DNA from: Candidatus Thorarchaeota archaeon
Lineage (GTDB): Archaea > Asgardarchaeota > Thorarchaeia > Thorarchaeales > Thorarchaeaceae
Assembly: GCA_016933575.1 (NCBI GenBank)
Contig: JAFGAR010000146.1
Location: 32,001-96,000, forward strand
Direction: 5' to 3'
DNA length: 64,000 nucleotides
Below, in pieces: positions 20,774 to 30,856 of the stretch (position 1 is its first letter; each line of letters opens with the position of its first letter). The notes under the pieces are model-generated. The model was not told the DNA's origin. It ran no database searches and saw nothing but the letters and a program-made list of their open reading frames with translations. Position numbers and translations under genes: made by a program.

Positions 20774-22594
20774 ATGCGTATTGCCATTGTAGACCGAGCC
20801 AGATGTAGACCAAAGGACTGCTCTCACGAATGTCAGAGGTTCTGTCCTCGCGTTCGTACTGGCGACGAGACCGTGATCTTTCCAGAGGGTCCAGACAAAC
20901 CTCCTGTCATTGTCGAAGCCTTATGTAGTGGTGAGGCCATATGCGTCAAGAAATGTCCCTATCACGTCATCAAGATTGTAAATCTCCCTGAAGAGCTGGA
21001 GTCTGATACTAGCCATCGATACAGTGTGAATGGCTTCAAGCTGTTCCGTCTCCCAACACCTAAAGTGGGCCAGGTACTTGGATTGATTGGACCAAATGGT
21101 GTCGGAAAGACAACAGCAATCCAGATACTTGCTGGTGAGCTGAGACCAAATATGGGTCGAATTGACAATCCTCCTGAATGGGATGAAATTATCCATCAAT
21201 ATCGCGGTTCTGAACTTCAACCCTTCTTTGAACGGATTCAGGCAGGTAACATTGTTCCTGTACACAAACCTCAGACCATCACAGATATCCCAAAAATGAA
21301 AGCTATTGCGGATCGCCCCATCAGTGACCTTCTTGAGTCTTCAGATACATCTGGCCGTCTTAAAGAACTCAAGGATGACATGAATCTTGGAGACATCTGG
21401 GACCGTCCTGTCAAGGTCCTCAGTGGCGGCGAGCTCCAACGTGTGGCTATCACTGCAGCTCTTGTCCGTGAGGGTGACATTTACTTCTTCGACGAACCCA
21501 CTGCGTATCTTGACGTTCGTGAACGTCTCAGGGTAGGACGCGCAATACGTCAGCTTGCTGACCTAGGAAAGACAGTCATCGTTGTTGAACACGACCTGTC
21601 TATCTTGGACTATGTATCTGACCTCGTGTGTCTATTTTACGGCAATCCCGGAGTGTATGGTATTATCTCCAATCCTCATGGTACCAGAGTAGGAGTGAAT
21701 CAGTTTCTTGATGGATTCATTCCTGATGAGAACATGCGATTCCGTGACACCTCAATCTCATTCAAGGGAATGTCTACAGAGGATATTGAGTTCACCTCTT
21801 CTGAGCCCCTCGTTGAATATGGGAACATGAAGAAGAGCTTTGAAGATTTCTCTCTAGAAGTGATGAGTGGTAGAGTCTCGAAGGGACAGGTCATTGGAAT
21901 TCTTGGACCTAATGGTATTGGTAAGACAACCTTTGTACGAATGCTTGCTGGCGAGCTTGACCCTGATGAGGGTGAGGCACCAAAGAAGACGATCTCTGGG
22001 CTTGATCTGAAGATCAGCTATAAGCCCCAGTATATTCCCAAAGACTTCGAGGGCAACTTGCGGATGTATCTCCGAGAGGCTGGTGGAAATACCATCGATA
22101 GTGCTGACTTCAAGACATCGGTCATCAATAAGCTAGAATTGGAGCATCTATTAGACCACCAGATCCAGGACCTAAGTGGTGGAGAACTTCAACGAGCTGC
22201 AATTGCAGCCTGTCTCTCTCGAGAGGCTGATATCTACCTGTTGGATGAACCCTCTGCCTTCTTGGACATCGAACAGCGCCTTGCTAGTTCAAGAGCTATA
22301 CGAAGGCATGTTCGGATAAATCTGAAGACTGCATTTGTCGTCGAACACTCAATTCTCATGGCTGACTATCTCAGTGACAGCTTGGTGGTGTTCAAAGGAA
22401 ATCCTGGAAAGACTGGTATTGCCTCTTCTGTTCAGACTCTACGTAGTGGCATGAATTCCTTCCTCAAGGAGATGGGCGTGACTTTCCGGAGAGACCCCCA
22501 GACTGGTCGTCCCCGAGTGAACAAGGATGGATCTCAATTAGACTCTCAACAGAAGGCATCCGGTGATTATTACTACGTGGGAAAAGGCAAGTAA
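20774..22594 (+). CDS. rli: Ribosome recycling ATPase ABCE1/RLI
   Basis: N-terminal Fe-S domain, two NBDs (GPNGVGKTT, GPNGIGKTT, LSGGELQR twice), TFRRDP...RPRVNK. Confidence 0.97.
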   Translation: MRIAIVDRARCRPKDCSHECQRFCPRVRTGDETVIFPEGPDKPPVIVEALCSGEAICVKKCPYHVIKIVNLPEELESDTSHRYSVNGFKLFRLPTPKVGQVLGLIGPNGVGKTTAIQILAGELRPNMGRIDNPPEWDEIIHQYRGSELQPFFERIQAGNIVPVHKPQTITDIPKMKAIADRPISDLLESSDTSGRLKELKDDMNLGDIWDRPVKVLSGGELQRVAITAALVREGDIYFFDEPTAYLDVRERLRVGRAIRQLADLGKTVIVVEHDLSILDYVSDLVCLFYGNPGVYGIISNPHGTRVGVNQFLDGFIPDENMRFRDTSISFKGMSTEDIEFTSSEPLVEYGNMKKSFEDFSLEVMSGRVSKGQVIGILGPNGIGKTTFVRMLAGELDPDEGEAPKKTISGLDLKISYKPQYIPKDFEGNLRMYLREAGGNTIDSADFKTSVINKLELEHLLDHQIQDLSGGELQRAAIAACLSREADIYLLDEPSAFLDIEQRLASSRAIRRHVRINLKTAFVVEHSILMADYLSDSLVVFKGNPGKTGIASSVQTLRSGMNSFLKEMGVTFRRDPQTGRPRVNKDGSQLDSQQKASGDYYYVGKGK

Positions 22595-22603
22595 TTGTTG
22601 AAG

Positions 22604-23431
22604 TTACTTATTGAGTCGACGATGCCAGTATCTCTTTCCATCTTTTTGTTCATCTAGCTCTGCAAGTATCTTCACAGCTTCATTACCGCATTTAATGACA
22701 TCTGCCTCTCCCCTGACTGCAAACTCATCCCGTACGCGATTTGCATAGACTGCACAGGCAGCTCCGGTCCTGAATCCATAGATATTGCCGAGAGTCAATA
22801 ATGTTGCAGCCTCCATCTCAAAATTCATCACATTTGCCTTAGTTAAGTCTTGAATCAGTGTTTCACTCATAGTCTGCGTATACCCATTGAATCCCGGTCT
22901 TGATTGACCAAGATAAAATGAATCAGTTGAAGCAGAGATTCCCAAATGATAGGTCAAACCTAGCGTTTCTGCCGCCTCAACAAAGGCAAGAATGACTTCA
23001 TAGCACGCTGAAGCAGGATATTCTTGCCTAACATATTGTTTACTTGTCCCTTCTAGGCGTACTGCTCCAGTGGTTATGATAATGTCACCAATATTGACAT
23101 CTTCCTTCAGAGTCGCACATGATCCAATTCGGAGAAATGTGTCTGCTCCGACATTGGCGAGTTCCTCGATCACAATCGCTGTACCTGGCCCTCCGATTCC
23201 TGTGGAACATGCAGAGATGTCCTTCCCCTTGTACTTGCCTGTGTGAGTCACAAACTGACGGTGGGAAGCAGCCTCTCTATAAGAGTCCCAGTGAGCACTT
23301 ATTCGCTCCACTCGTTGTGGATCTCCTGGTATCAGAACAGATCTAGCAACATCTCCTTCCTTGACCTCAAGATGGTATTGCTTCCTGTCAAGTGTAACTG
23401 GTTTTTTTGCTGAAACCTTCTTGTCTGTCAT
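22604..23431 (-). CDS. udp: Uridine phosphorylase
   Basis: QYHL, PGDPQRV, STGIGGP, RLEGTS, NFEMEAA. Confidence 0.92.
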   Translation of the reverse strand: MTDKKVSAKKPVTLDRKQYHLEVKEGDVARSVLIPGDPQRVERISAHWDSYREAASHRQFVTHTGKYKGKDISACSTGIGGPGTAIVIEELANVGADTFLRIGSCATLKEDVNIGDIIITTGAVRLEGTSKQYVRQEYPASACYEVILAFVEAAETLGLTYHLGISASTDSFYLGQSRPGFNGYTQTMSETLIQDLTKANVMNFEMEAATLLTLGNIYGFRTGAACAVYANRVRDEFAVRGEADVIKCGNEAVKILAELDEQKDGKRYWHRRLNK

Positions 23432-23557
23432 TTCTCTACCTCTCGGATACCTTTTATTGTAATCAGAATTCCCTTTTGTATTCAACGCCTAGCCAGTCTC
23501 GTTAAGCATATAGGAAGAATCGGCTACAAAAAGGGCGTATCACTGAGGTAAAACGTT

Positions 23558-24445
23558 ATGACATCACTCGATGAACTGGACCATCTCAGCTTGGGAAAAC
23601 GAGTACGCTTACACAGAATGATGTATGAACACGGCCCTGGAAACGGGAAGTTAATGATACTTCCTATCGACCAAGGTCTAGAACATGGTCCGGTTGACTT
23701 CTTTACCAATCCTGCATCAGCTGATCCTGAGTATCAATTCAAGCTTGCTGTTAAGGGCGGTTATTCAGGCATTGCGTTACATCTTGGTCTAGCAGAGAAA
23801 TATGGTCCAAAATATGCTGGAAAGATACCTATGGTCCTGAAGATAAATGGCAAGACACGGATTCCCCCAGCCAATGAACCAATATCTCCAATGACTGGTT
23901 CAGTAGAGGACGCGGTACGAATTGGAGCCGATGCCATTGGTTACACATTGTATGTTGGTAGTCCCAATCAGACCCTTGATTTCACGCAGTTCAGGAAGGT
24001 CAAGAAAGATGCAGAGAGATATGGAATGCCTATTATCATGTGGGCATATCCGCGAGGTGAGGCTGTCGATAAGAAGGGGGGTCGTGACTCGCTCTATGCT
24101 ATTGATTATGCCGCACGTGTAGCTGATGAGCTGGGTGCTGACATTGTGAAACTCAATGTACCTGAAGATGATCCCAAGATACGTTCCCTGCAGCCCAGTC
24201 CCTATGATAAATTGGAGCTAAGCTATGAGGAACGTGTTCGAAAGGTTGTGAAGACAGCAGGCAAGTGCATGGTGTTATTCTCTGGCGGTAGTCGGGTTAG
24301 TGATGATGATGTCATCCATCGAGCCAAAGTATGCCTCGAAGAAGGTGCAACAGGTCTCATATTTGGGAGAAATCTGTGGCAGAGAGAATGGACGGATGCA
24401 CTTGCAATGACCAAGCGGCTCAAAGATATGATAAAGAACCTGTAA
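23558..24445 (+). CDS. fbaB: Class I fructose-bisphosphate aldolase (DhnA/FbaB type)
   Basis: LPIDQGLEHGP, WAYPRG, LGADIVK Schiff-base Lys, GLIFGRN. Confidence 0.9.
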   Translation: MTSLDELDHLSLGKRVRLHRMMYEHGPGNGKLMILPIDQGLEHGPVDFFTNPASADPEYQFKLAVKGGYSGIALHLGLAEKYGPKYAGKIPMVLKINGKTRIPPANEPISPMTGSVEDAVRIGADAIGYTLYVGSPNQTLDFTQFRKVKKDAERYGMPIIMWAYPRGEAVDKKGGRDSLYAIDYAARVADELGADIVKLNVPEDDPKIRSLQPSPYDKLELSYEERVRKVVKTAGKCMVLFSGGSRVSDDDVIHRAKVCLEEGATGLIFGRNLWQREWTDALAMTKRLKDMIKNL

Positions 24446-24577
24446 TCGTACAGTCATATTTGCCACTCACACTGTTGCCTTACTAAATGATAACTATTAT
24501 ATGGGGAAAGAATAGTCGAAGGTCTCAGCGGGGCATGATTTTTTGCAGCCTCCAAGAAAAAAGATTGAAGGAGCGAA

Positions 24578-25732
24578 ATGCAAATGGTCGAAACCACCAT
24601 TAGCGTGATTAAAGCTGATATTGGATCACTAGCTGGTCATGTTGTTGTTCCCGACTTCCTCTTTGAATTGGCAAGGAAGTCGTTGAAAGAAGCCGTGGAG
24701 AAGAAAATAATCAATGACTTCCACGTATCAAATGCTGGAGATGACCTCGAGCTTATAATGACCCATAACAAGGGTGACGGAAATGAGGAAGTCCACAAGT
24801 TAGCTTGGGACACATTCATCAAAGGCACAGAACTTGCGCGGAAGAATAAGATCTATGCAGCAGGTCAAGATATCCTTGCTGACACTTTCAGTGGTAATGT
24901 GAAGGGTATGGGTCCCGGTTCAGCAGAGATGACTTTTGAAGAGCGAAAGTCGGAACCTATTGCAGTCTTTATGGCTGACAAGACTGAGCCTGGAGCATAC
25001 AATCTACCACTATTCAAGATCTTCGCAGACCCATTCAACACAGCGGGTCTTGTTATTGATCCCAATCTACACGATGGATTCCGTTTTGTCATTCAGGACA
25101 TCATGAAGGATGTACCATGCTTCATTGAAATGAAAGCTCCTGAAGAGATGTACGACATACTGGCGCTTCTTGGGAGCACTGGTCGTTACACTATCAAGAA
25201 GGTCTATCGCTATGATGGAATGATCACGGCATCTGTGAGCACTGACAAACTCCATGCAGTCGCTGGTAAGTATGTTGGCAAGGATGATCCTGTTGCCATC
25301 GTACGCGCACACTCTGGTCTTCCAGCTATGGGCGAAGTTCTAGAAGCATTTACACTTCCTCACCTGGTATCTGGTTGGATGAGAGGATCACATACAGGAC
25401 CTCTCTTGCCTGTTGGTCTGAAAGACTCTCGATGTACTCGTTTCGATGGACCTCCAAGAGTAATAGCACTTGGTTTCCAAGTCTCCCACGGAAAACTACT
25501 TGGTCCTGTGGATCTCTTTGATGACGTTGCCTTTGACATCAGCCGTCAGAGAGGTATGGAGATGGCCGACTACCTACGAAGACATGGACCATTCCAGCCT
25601 CACAGACTCAGCGATGATCAAATGGAGTACACGACACTACCCAAAGTACTCACAAGATGTGAAAACCGATTCGTCACAAAAGAAATCGTACCCACTGGAA
25701 AGGCTAAGGATCACTCTAGCTCTGCAGAGTAG
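24578..25732 (+). CDS. fbp: Bifunctional fructose-1,6-bisphosphate aldolase/phosphatase (FBPase V)
   Basis: SVIKADIG, GDD, DKTEPG, GKYVGKDDP, GWMRGSH, RFDGPP. Confidence 0.96.
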   Translation: MQMVETTISVIKADIGSLAGHVVVPDFLFELARKSLKEAVEKKIINDFHVSNAGDDLELIMTHNKGDGNEEVHKLAWDTFIKGTELARKNKIYAAGQDILADTFSGNVKGMGPGSAEMTFEERKSEPIAVFMADKTEPGAYNLPLFKIFADPFNTAGLVIDPNLHDGFRFVIQDIMKDVPCFIEMKAPEEMYDILALLGSTGRYTIKKVYRYDGMITASVSTDKLHAVAGKYVGKDDPVAIVRAHSGLPAMGEVLEAFTLPHLVSGWMRGSHTGPLLPVGLKDSRCTRFDGPPRVIALGFQVSHGKLLGPVDLFDDVAFDISRQRGMEMADYLRRHGPFQPHRLSDDQMEYTTLPKVLTRCENRFVTKEIVPTGKAKDHSSSAE

Positions 25733-25740
25733 AAGTAAGT

Positions 25741-25760
25741 GCGGGATTCAATACTCCCGC
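25741..25760. terminator. Short hairpin between convergent genes
   Basis: GCGGGA-N8-TCCCGC followed by a pyrimidine-rich run. Confidence 0.35.
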
Positions 25761-25795
25761 CCCTTCATCCTTTCCAAATTAGAGATATTCATACA

Positions 25796-26086
25796 CTATC
25801 CAGTTCTTTTAATGATATGATATCCAAATTTCGTCTTCACCGGATCTATTGTCATTGCTCCAATACTCAGACCAAATGCAGCTTTTTCGAACTCTGCCAC
25901 CATCTGCCCTTTTGCGAACCAACCGAGGTCACCGCCCTTCTTCTTGGAAGGACATGTACTGTATTCTCTAGCAATCTTTGTGAAATCTTCTCCAGAGTTG
26001 ATTCTCCCAATGAGTGCCTGAGCTTGGCTATGCTTCTCTACAAGGATATGACTTGCGCGTACCTTTCCGCCTTTTACTTTTGACAT
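25796..26086 (-). CDS. ppiC: Parvulin-type peptidyl-prolyl isomerase
   Basis: [27 protein letters not shown]. Confidence 0.93.
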   Translation of the reverse strand: MSKVKGGKVRASHILVEKHSQAQALIGRINSGEDFTKIAREYSTCPSKKKGGDLGWFAKGQMVAEFEKAAFGLSIGAMTIDPVKTKFGYHIIKRTG

Positions 26087-26222
26087 ATAATCACCAAATT
26101 ATGGTTAGATAGTTCTACCATTATAGAGAGTGTCTTAAAGTTGTCCACATACACTCTAGCTGAGAAAGGCAAGAATTTATGACGAAAGAAGCTGGTACTC
26201 TTACACTCCAAGGGTGTGAAAG

Positions 26223-27263
26223 ATGAAAGCAACAGTATTTCACAAACATGGTTCTCCTGAGGTTCTCTCTTACGAGGACTATGATGACCCTCAGGTCACA
26301 TCAAATCAAATACTAATTCAGGTTAAAGCCGTGGCTTTGAATCATCTAGATCTCTTTGTTCGTAGTGGGATTCCCGGTCTCAATCTAGAGATGCCTCATA
26401 TCCTTGGAAGTGATATCAGTGGAGTGGTTGTGGAACTTGGTAAGAATGTCCAGAACTCATTCCAAATCGGTCAGCAGGTCATTATAGATCCTGGAATATC
26501 CTGTGGTATTTGTGAGTTCTGCATCCGTGGTGAACAATCACTCTGTCCTTCATATGGAATTCTTGGCGAACACTATCGCGGCGGATATGCAGAACTTCTA
26601 GCAATAGACGCTAAGAATGTTGTACCAATCCCTGGTGATGCGCCTCTTGATATTGTGAATGCTGCTGCCGTACCGCTTACTTTAATGACCGCGTGGAGGA
26701 TGCTAATATCCAAGGCTCAGATACAACCTGGTGACGATCTATTAATCATAGGCATTGGCGGGGGTGTAGCTCTAGCAGGGCTTCAAATTGCTAAGACTGC
26801 TGGCGCAAGAGTAATTGTCACAAGCTCGTCGAATAGTAAATTGGAGCGAGCGAAAGAACTGGGAGCTGATATTGTAATCAATCACAATGAGATGCCGGAT
26901 TATCATAAGGAGATAGGTCGATTAACAAAGAATCGTGGTGTTGATGTCGTTCTTGATTCTGTAGGCCAGGCTACTTGGACTAGGAGCTTGAGAAGCCTAC
27001 GGAAAGGTGGTCGTCTGGTAACATGTGGGGCAACCTCTGGACCTAATGCTGAAACAAATATCAACTCTGTATTCTGGAGACAGCTTGAAATCCTTGGCTC
27101 AACGATGGGAAGCCGAGATGAACTACGCACAGCACTGAAATTGGTCTGGAATGGCAAAATTCATCCGGTAGTTGACAGAGTCCTTCCTCTCTCAAAGGCA
27201 AGAGAGGCTCATGAGCTATTAGAACGTGGTGAGCAGTTCGGAAAACTGGTGCTTACACCTTAG
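26223..27263 (+). CDS. Zinc-binding MDR oxidoreductase (quinone oxidoreductase-like)
   Basis: LNHLD, GSDISG, CGICEFC, TAWRML, GKLVL. Confidence 0.88.
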   Translation: MKATVFHKHGSPEVLSYEDYDDPQVTSNQILIQVKAVALNHLDLFVRSGIPGLNLEMPHILGSDISGVVVELGKNVQNSFQIGQQVIIDPGISCGICEFCIRGEQSLCPSYGILGEHYRGGYAELLAIDAKNVVPIPGDAPLDIVNAAAVPLTLMTAWRMLISKAQIQPGDDLLIIGIGGGVALAGLQIAKTAGARVIVTSSSNSKLERAKELGADIVINHNEMPDYHKEIGRLTKNRGVDVVLDSVGQATWTRSLRSLRKGGRLVTCGATSGPNAETNINSVFWRQLEILGSTMGSRDELRTALKLVWNGKIHPVVDRVLPLSKAREAHELLERGEQFGKLVLTP

Positions 27264-27341
27264 GAGTTAGTAATACCTAGATACGCACCAGAATCAGACA
27301 CCGTTTCTTTACGGGTTTTGTAATGACTGATATTGGTCACT

Positions 27342-27572
27342 ATGAGAGTCGTCACTATCTGCTTACCAGAATCTTATGTTGAAGGCGTTGATGAACTGAT
27401 AGGCCAGAACAAGTATCCGAATCGTTCGGAAGTCATTCGAATTGCTATCAGAGATCTTCTTGTTGATGAATTATGGGGTGAGCGAAAACCATCCGGTGGC
27501 ATTCCTCTTCTTGCTCAGTTAGAGAAGATGGCACTTGTCCAACAGACTCCTGAACCAAATCCCCCTGCTTGA
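27342..27572 (+). CDS. Ribbon-helix-helix (CopG/CdrS-like) regulator
   Basis: VVTICLP...YPNRSEVIRIAIRDLL. Confidence 0.85.
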   Translation: MRVVTICLPESYVEGVDELIGQNKYPNRSEVIRIAIRDLLVDELWGERKPSGGIPLLAQLEKMALVQQTPEPNPPA

Positions 27573-27656
27573 TGAGTATAACTGAGCTATCTTTTTCTAT
27601 ATCTATGTTGCATTTGTGACTACTAGCTCGCTAACTATAAAGGAGCGAATCTGAAT

Positions 27657-28223
27657 ATGTCACGATTCTTTAAGCGCAAGAAATCAGAAGAAGAAAAAAC
27701 AGAAACAGAGAAGGTAGAGTCCACAGAGGATGCTCCAACTGGGACTGAAACCACTGAAGAGGAAGTTCATGAAGCTGAAGGTGCAGAGGCTGAAATTGAA
27801 GCAACACCTACAGGTCGACAGGCAACTATTCCTTATCATTCAACAATTCAAGAGCGTCTAATGTACATGTTCAATGATTCGCATATGGGCGCAGGAATTG
27901 AAGGGACCGATGAATTCTACATCGAGTTCATGGCCATGGGTGAACGTTTCTGGATTGGAAAAGCTCCCCTTGGAGACATTGCGATGAAGACGGGTGCAAT
28001 GACCGAACAAGACGCACATGTTCGAATGTCGAACGATGTTGTTGCAGACCTGCTCTCAGCTGCAACGTTCTCAGAGTTCTCAAAGATTTATCTCCAGTAC
28101 TACAAAAATGCTGAGGCTGGTAAGTTCATCAAGATTGAGGTACGAAAGCCAATAACAGATCTGAATAGACGGGGATACGCCCGAGTACCAGTCATGAAGC
28201 TTCTAATTGGTTCTGCCAGATAG
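27657..28223 (+). CDS. Hypothetical protein with acidic N-terminus and possible SCP2-like domain
   Basis: GGAG RBS; Glu/Thr-rich tail; C-terminal pattern resembles the SCP2 fold (weak). Confidence 0.6.
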   Translation: MSRFFKRKKSEEEKTETEKVESTEDAPTGTETTEEEVHEAEGAEAEIEATPTGRQATIPYHSTIQERLMYMFNDSHMGAGIEGTDEFYIEFMAMGERFWIGKAPLGDIAMKTGAMTEQDAHVRMSNDVVADLLSAATFSEFSKIYLQYYKNAEAGKFIKIEVRKPITDLNRRGYARVPVMKLLIGSAR

Positions 28224-28306
28224 TATGCAGATAAAGACCCACTCTGTCCTCTAGTAATAGTTATAATCAGGACTTTGGCAGTTAGAGGCATTCAGGTGGG
28301 ATATGA

Positions 28307-28990
28307 TTGGATAATATAGAAACACCAGTTGTCATTATCAATCTGAAGACGTACTCACAAGCTACCGGCGAGAAGGCAGTCCTGATGGCTCAGGCTTGCG
28401 AGAGGGTCTCAAATGAATATGATGTTCCAATAGTTGTAGCACCACAAATGCCAGATCTATATCGTGTTGCTAAGGCTGTTGAGATACCTGTGTTTTCGCA
28501 GCATATGGACCCTGGGGAACCTGGACGTTTTACTGGGCATGTTTTGGGTGAAGCACTTGTCGAATCTGGATGTGCTGGAACCCTTCTCAATCACTCTGAG
28601 CATAGAATGCAATTAGCAGATATTGAAGAAGCGATTCAAATTGCACATAAACTCCATCTCTATTCTGTAGTGTGCACAAACAACATTCAGGTAAGTGTTG
28701 CTGCAGCATGCATGAGACCTTGGTCAGTTGCTGTGGAACCTCCAGAATTGATAGGGTCTGGAATATCTGTTTCTCAAGCTCAGCCTGAGATCATCTCTGG
28801 TACAGTGAAAAAGATACGGGCAGTTAACAAGGACGTAGTGATACTCTGTGGTGCAGGTATCAGCAATGGTGAAGACGTTACTTCAGCTATAAAACTCGGT
28901 GCACAGGGAGTCCTGCTTGCCTCTGCAGTTGCCAAATCACCAAAGCCAGAATCTGTTCTTGCTGATCTCGTAGGTCCCTTGAGCAAATAG
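28307..28990 (+). CDS. tpiA: Triosephosphate isomerase (archaeal type)
   Basis: INLKTY, LNHSE, AVEPPELIG, GVLLAS. Confidence 0.96.
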   Translation: MDNIETPVVIINLKTYSQATGEKAVLMAQACERVSNEYDVPIVVAPQMPDLYRVAKAVEIPVFSQHMDPGEPGRFTGHVLGEALVESGCAGTLLNHSEHRMQLADIEEAIQIAHKLHLYSVVCTNNIQVSVAAACMRPWSVAVEPPELIGSGISVSQAQPEIISGTVKKIRAVNKDVVILCGAGISNGEDVTSAIKLGAQGVLLASAVAKSPKPESVLADLVGPLSK

Positions 28991-29044
28991 CACCTTCCGG
29001 TTCATTTTTCACTGGTTCTGGAAGTGGCTCCTTAGGCGATATCA

Positions 29045-29926
29045 GTGAAAGTTTCTCTAGAATGCGCGCATTGTCTCTTGGAACGGGCGGGGAATCAGGT
29101 ACGATTAGCCACTGATGATCCAGATCTTCAGATGCGAGTCATTCAAGCCATGACAAAGTTTCTGGGAGAGAACTTTGATAGTGATGCGGTACCCAGTCAT
29201 ATTGGAACTGATAGAGACCTCCTTGTGCAGCGTATGACTGGAAGGGACCCGTATAAGGATTTGAAGCATCAATCCAATGTAATGGCTCTTAGCATCCTTC
29301 CTGAATTGTTGCAGCTAGTTGATGAGAAAGATGGTTCTGAGTCAAGATTCAGGACCGCGACTCTAATTGCAGCAGCAGCCAATTCAATTGAGTTTGATGT
29401 ATCCGGTCGAGAATTCAGTCTTAGCGAGTTAAAGACAATTATTGAGAATGTTGAAGCTGATTTGGCCTTGGACCAAGTAGACGAATTCCGAGAACTTTGT
29501 AAAACCGCTCAGAACGTTCTCTATCTCATGGACAATGCTGGAGAGGTTGTCTTGGATATGATCTTGATCCGCGAGATCAAGAGGTTGGGTCCAAAGGTAA
29601 CCGCAGTGGTGAAGGGTGGACCAATCCTCAATGATGCAACTATGATTGATGCAGATGAAGTCGGCCTTGGAGAGTATGCAGACGATGTTGTGGATACTGG
29701 AGCTCCAGCCATTGGCGTGAATCTAGAGCGAAACTCACAGGAGTTCAAAGAACTTCTCTCATCATCAGAATTGATAGTAGCAAAAGGAATGGGCAATTTT
29801 GAGTCAATGACAGAGTTTGAACCAAGTTCTCCAACGGTTCATATAATGCGAACAAAGTGTAATCCTGTTGCCAGACATGTGGGTGTTCCGAAGAACAAGA
29901 ATGTGGTGTTGATCAGAAGTCCATAG
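29045..29926 (+). CDS. DUF89/ARMT1-like damage-control phosphatase
   Basis: CAHC, DPYK, DNAGE, ILNDAT, AKGMGNFES, RTKC. Confidence 0.9.
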   Translation: MKVSLECAHCLLERAGNQVRLATDDPDLQMRVIQAMTKFLGENFDSDAVPSHIGTDRDLLVQRMTGRDPYKDLKHQSNVMALSILPELLQLVDEKDGSESRFRTATLIAAAANSIEFDVSGREFSLSELKTIIENVEADLALDQVDEFRELCKTAQNVLYLMDNAGEVVLDMILIREIKRLGPKVTAVVKGGPILNDATMIDADEVGLGEYADDVVDTGAPAIGVNLERNSQEFKELLSSSELIVAKGMGNFESMTEFEPSSPTVHIMRTKCNPVARHVGVPKNKNVVLIRSP

Positions 29927-29934
29927 TAAACATG

Positions 29935-30765
29935 TTATGCCATATCTTCCGTGTATGGTCTCAAGCCCAGAGTGAGTGGTGAAGATGCCATGAACTCGAT
30001 CTTCAACTCTGGAAAATCAAGACTGATACTATCTCTGAGTCGTTTCATCCCAGGGTCTTCAGTCACGAAGGCACCTAGTTCTATAGTATTAATTCCCTCC
30101 TCATTCGCAAGTAATCTGATCTCAGGAGCAAGTTCGCCTGTGACGATTGTCTGGATGTCTTGTTTCTTTGCATTGATTATATCTGGCATGTCTACTACGC
30201 TACCAGCTATTAGGAGAAATTCTTCCACTTCGTCATCAAGGTCTCCGCTGAAAAAGACCGTATTGAGTCCCATCTTGGAGGCTATATAATTTGCAAAGCC
30301 AGAATGATTCTTCACACCTGGAGGATTGCAGATTCTACCGAATGGTTCTTGTTGACCAAAGTCACTCTCAACAAAGAAGTCTCCTGATTTCTCTATTCCA
30401 AGTGTGTCGACAAGAGCATCATTCATCCCATCTCTCGCGCAGAGCCAACCACTTCCAATAGTGTAGGTAGAGATGTAATTCTTAGTCAGAAGACGTACAC
30501 GAACAAGATCAAGTCCTGACAGTCTATCAACGACGAACGGAAATAGAGGGCGATATGTGATAATGAGGTTTGATTTGTCCTGGGAGGCTTTTGTTACTGC
30601 TCTCGCAGAGAGATAGGAAACCACTAGAATCTTGTTGACCGTCGTGTTTGCCTGTTCTGTAACAGTCTGAGGTCCCACTTCCACCCGATTCTCCATTCCG
30701 CGAAGCACTTTGTCGGAAGGCGAGAGTTCTTGAAGCCGTTTTAGAATTTGAAGTAAACTTGTCAT
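29935..30765 (-). CDS. NIF3/YbgI-family protein lacking metal ligands
   Basis: NIF3 layout is kept (LIITYRPLF, GMNDAL, VTGE, LGAFVTE) but the His ligands are replaced. Confidence 0.75.
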   Translation of the reverse strand: MTSLLQILKRLQELSPSDKVLRGMENRVEVGPQTVTEQANTTVNKILVVSYLSARAVTKASQDKSNLIITYRPLFPFVVDRLSGLDLVRVRLLTKNYISTYTIGSGWLCARDGMNDALVDTLGIEKSGDFFVESDFGQQEPFGRICNPPGVKNHSGFANYIASKMGLNTVFFSGDLDDEVEEFLLIAGSVVDMPDIINAKKQDIQTIVTGELAPEIRLLANEEGINTIELGAFVTEDPGMKRLRDSISLDFPELKIEFMASSPLTLGLRPYTEDMA

Positions 30766-30856
30766 ACCTACTCTCCTCTTCTGCAGTGGTCAGATTGCTA
30801 ATGGGTAATATCCGTCTTATTCTTTTTGATGATTGGCGATATGAAGTTCTTCTTAA

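Noticed and set aside
20930-20940. TGA at the missing ABCE1 Cys as a selenocysteine codon
   Set aside because: The TGA is out of frame, the ORF is continuous and I see no SECIS element
23539-24496. TrmB/TGM (TATCAC-N5-GTGATA) sites upstream of fbaB and fbp
   Set aside because: Only half-sites are present, with the wrong spacing
27567-27590. TTGATGA...CTGA k-turn after the RHH gene
   Set aside because: The flanking stem is only 2 bp and there is no room for guide sequences
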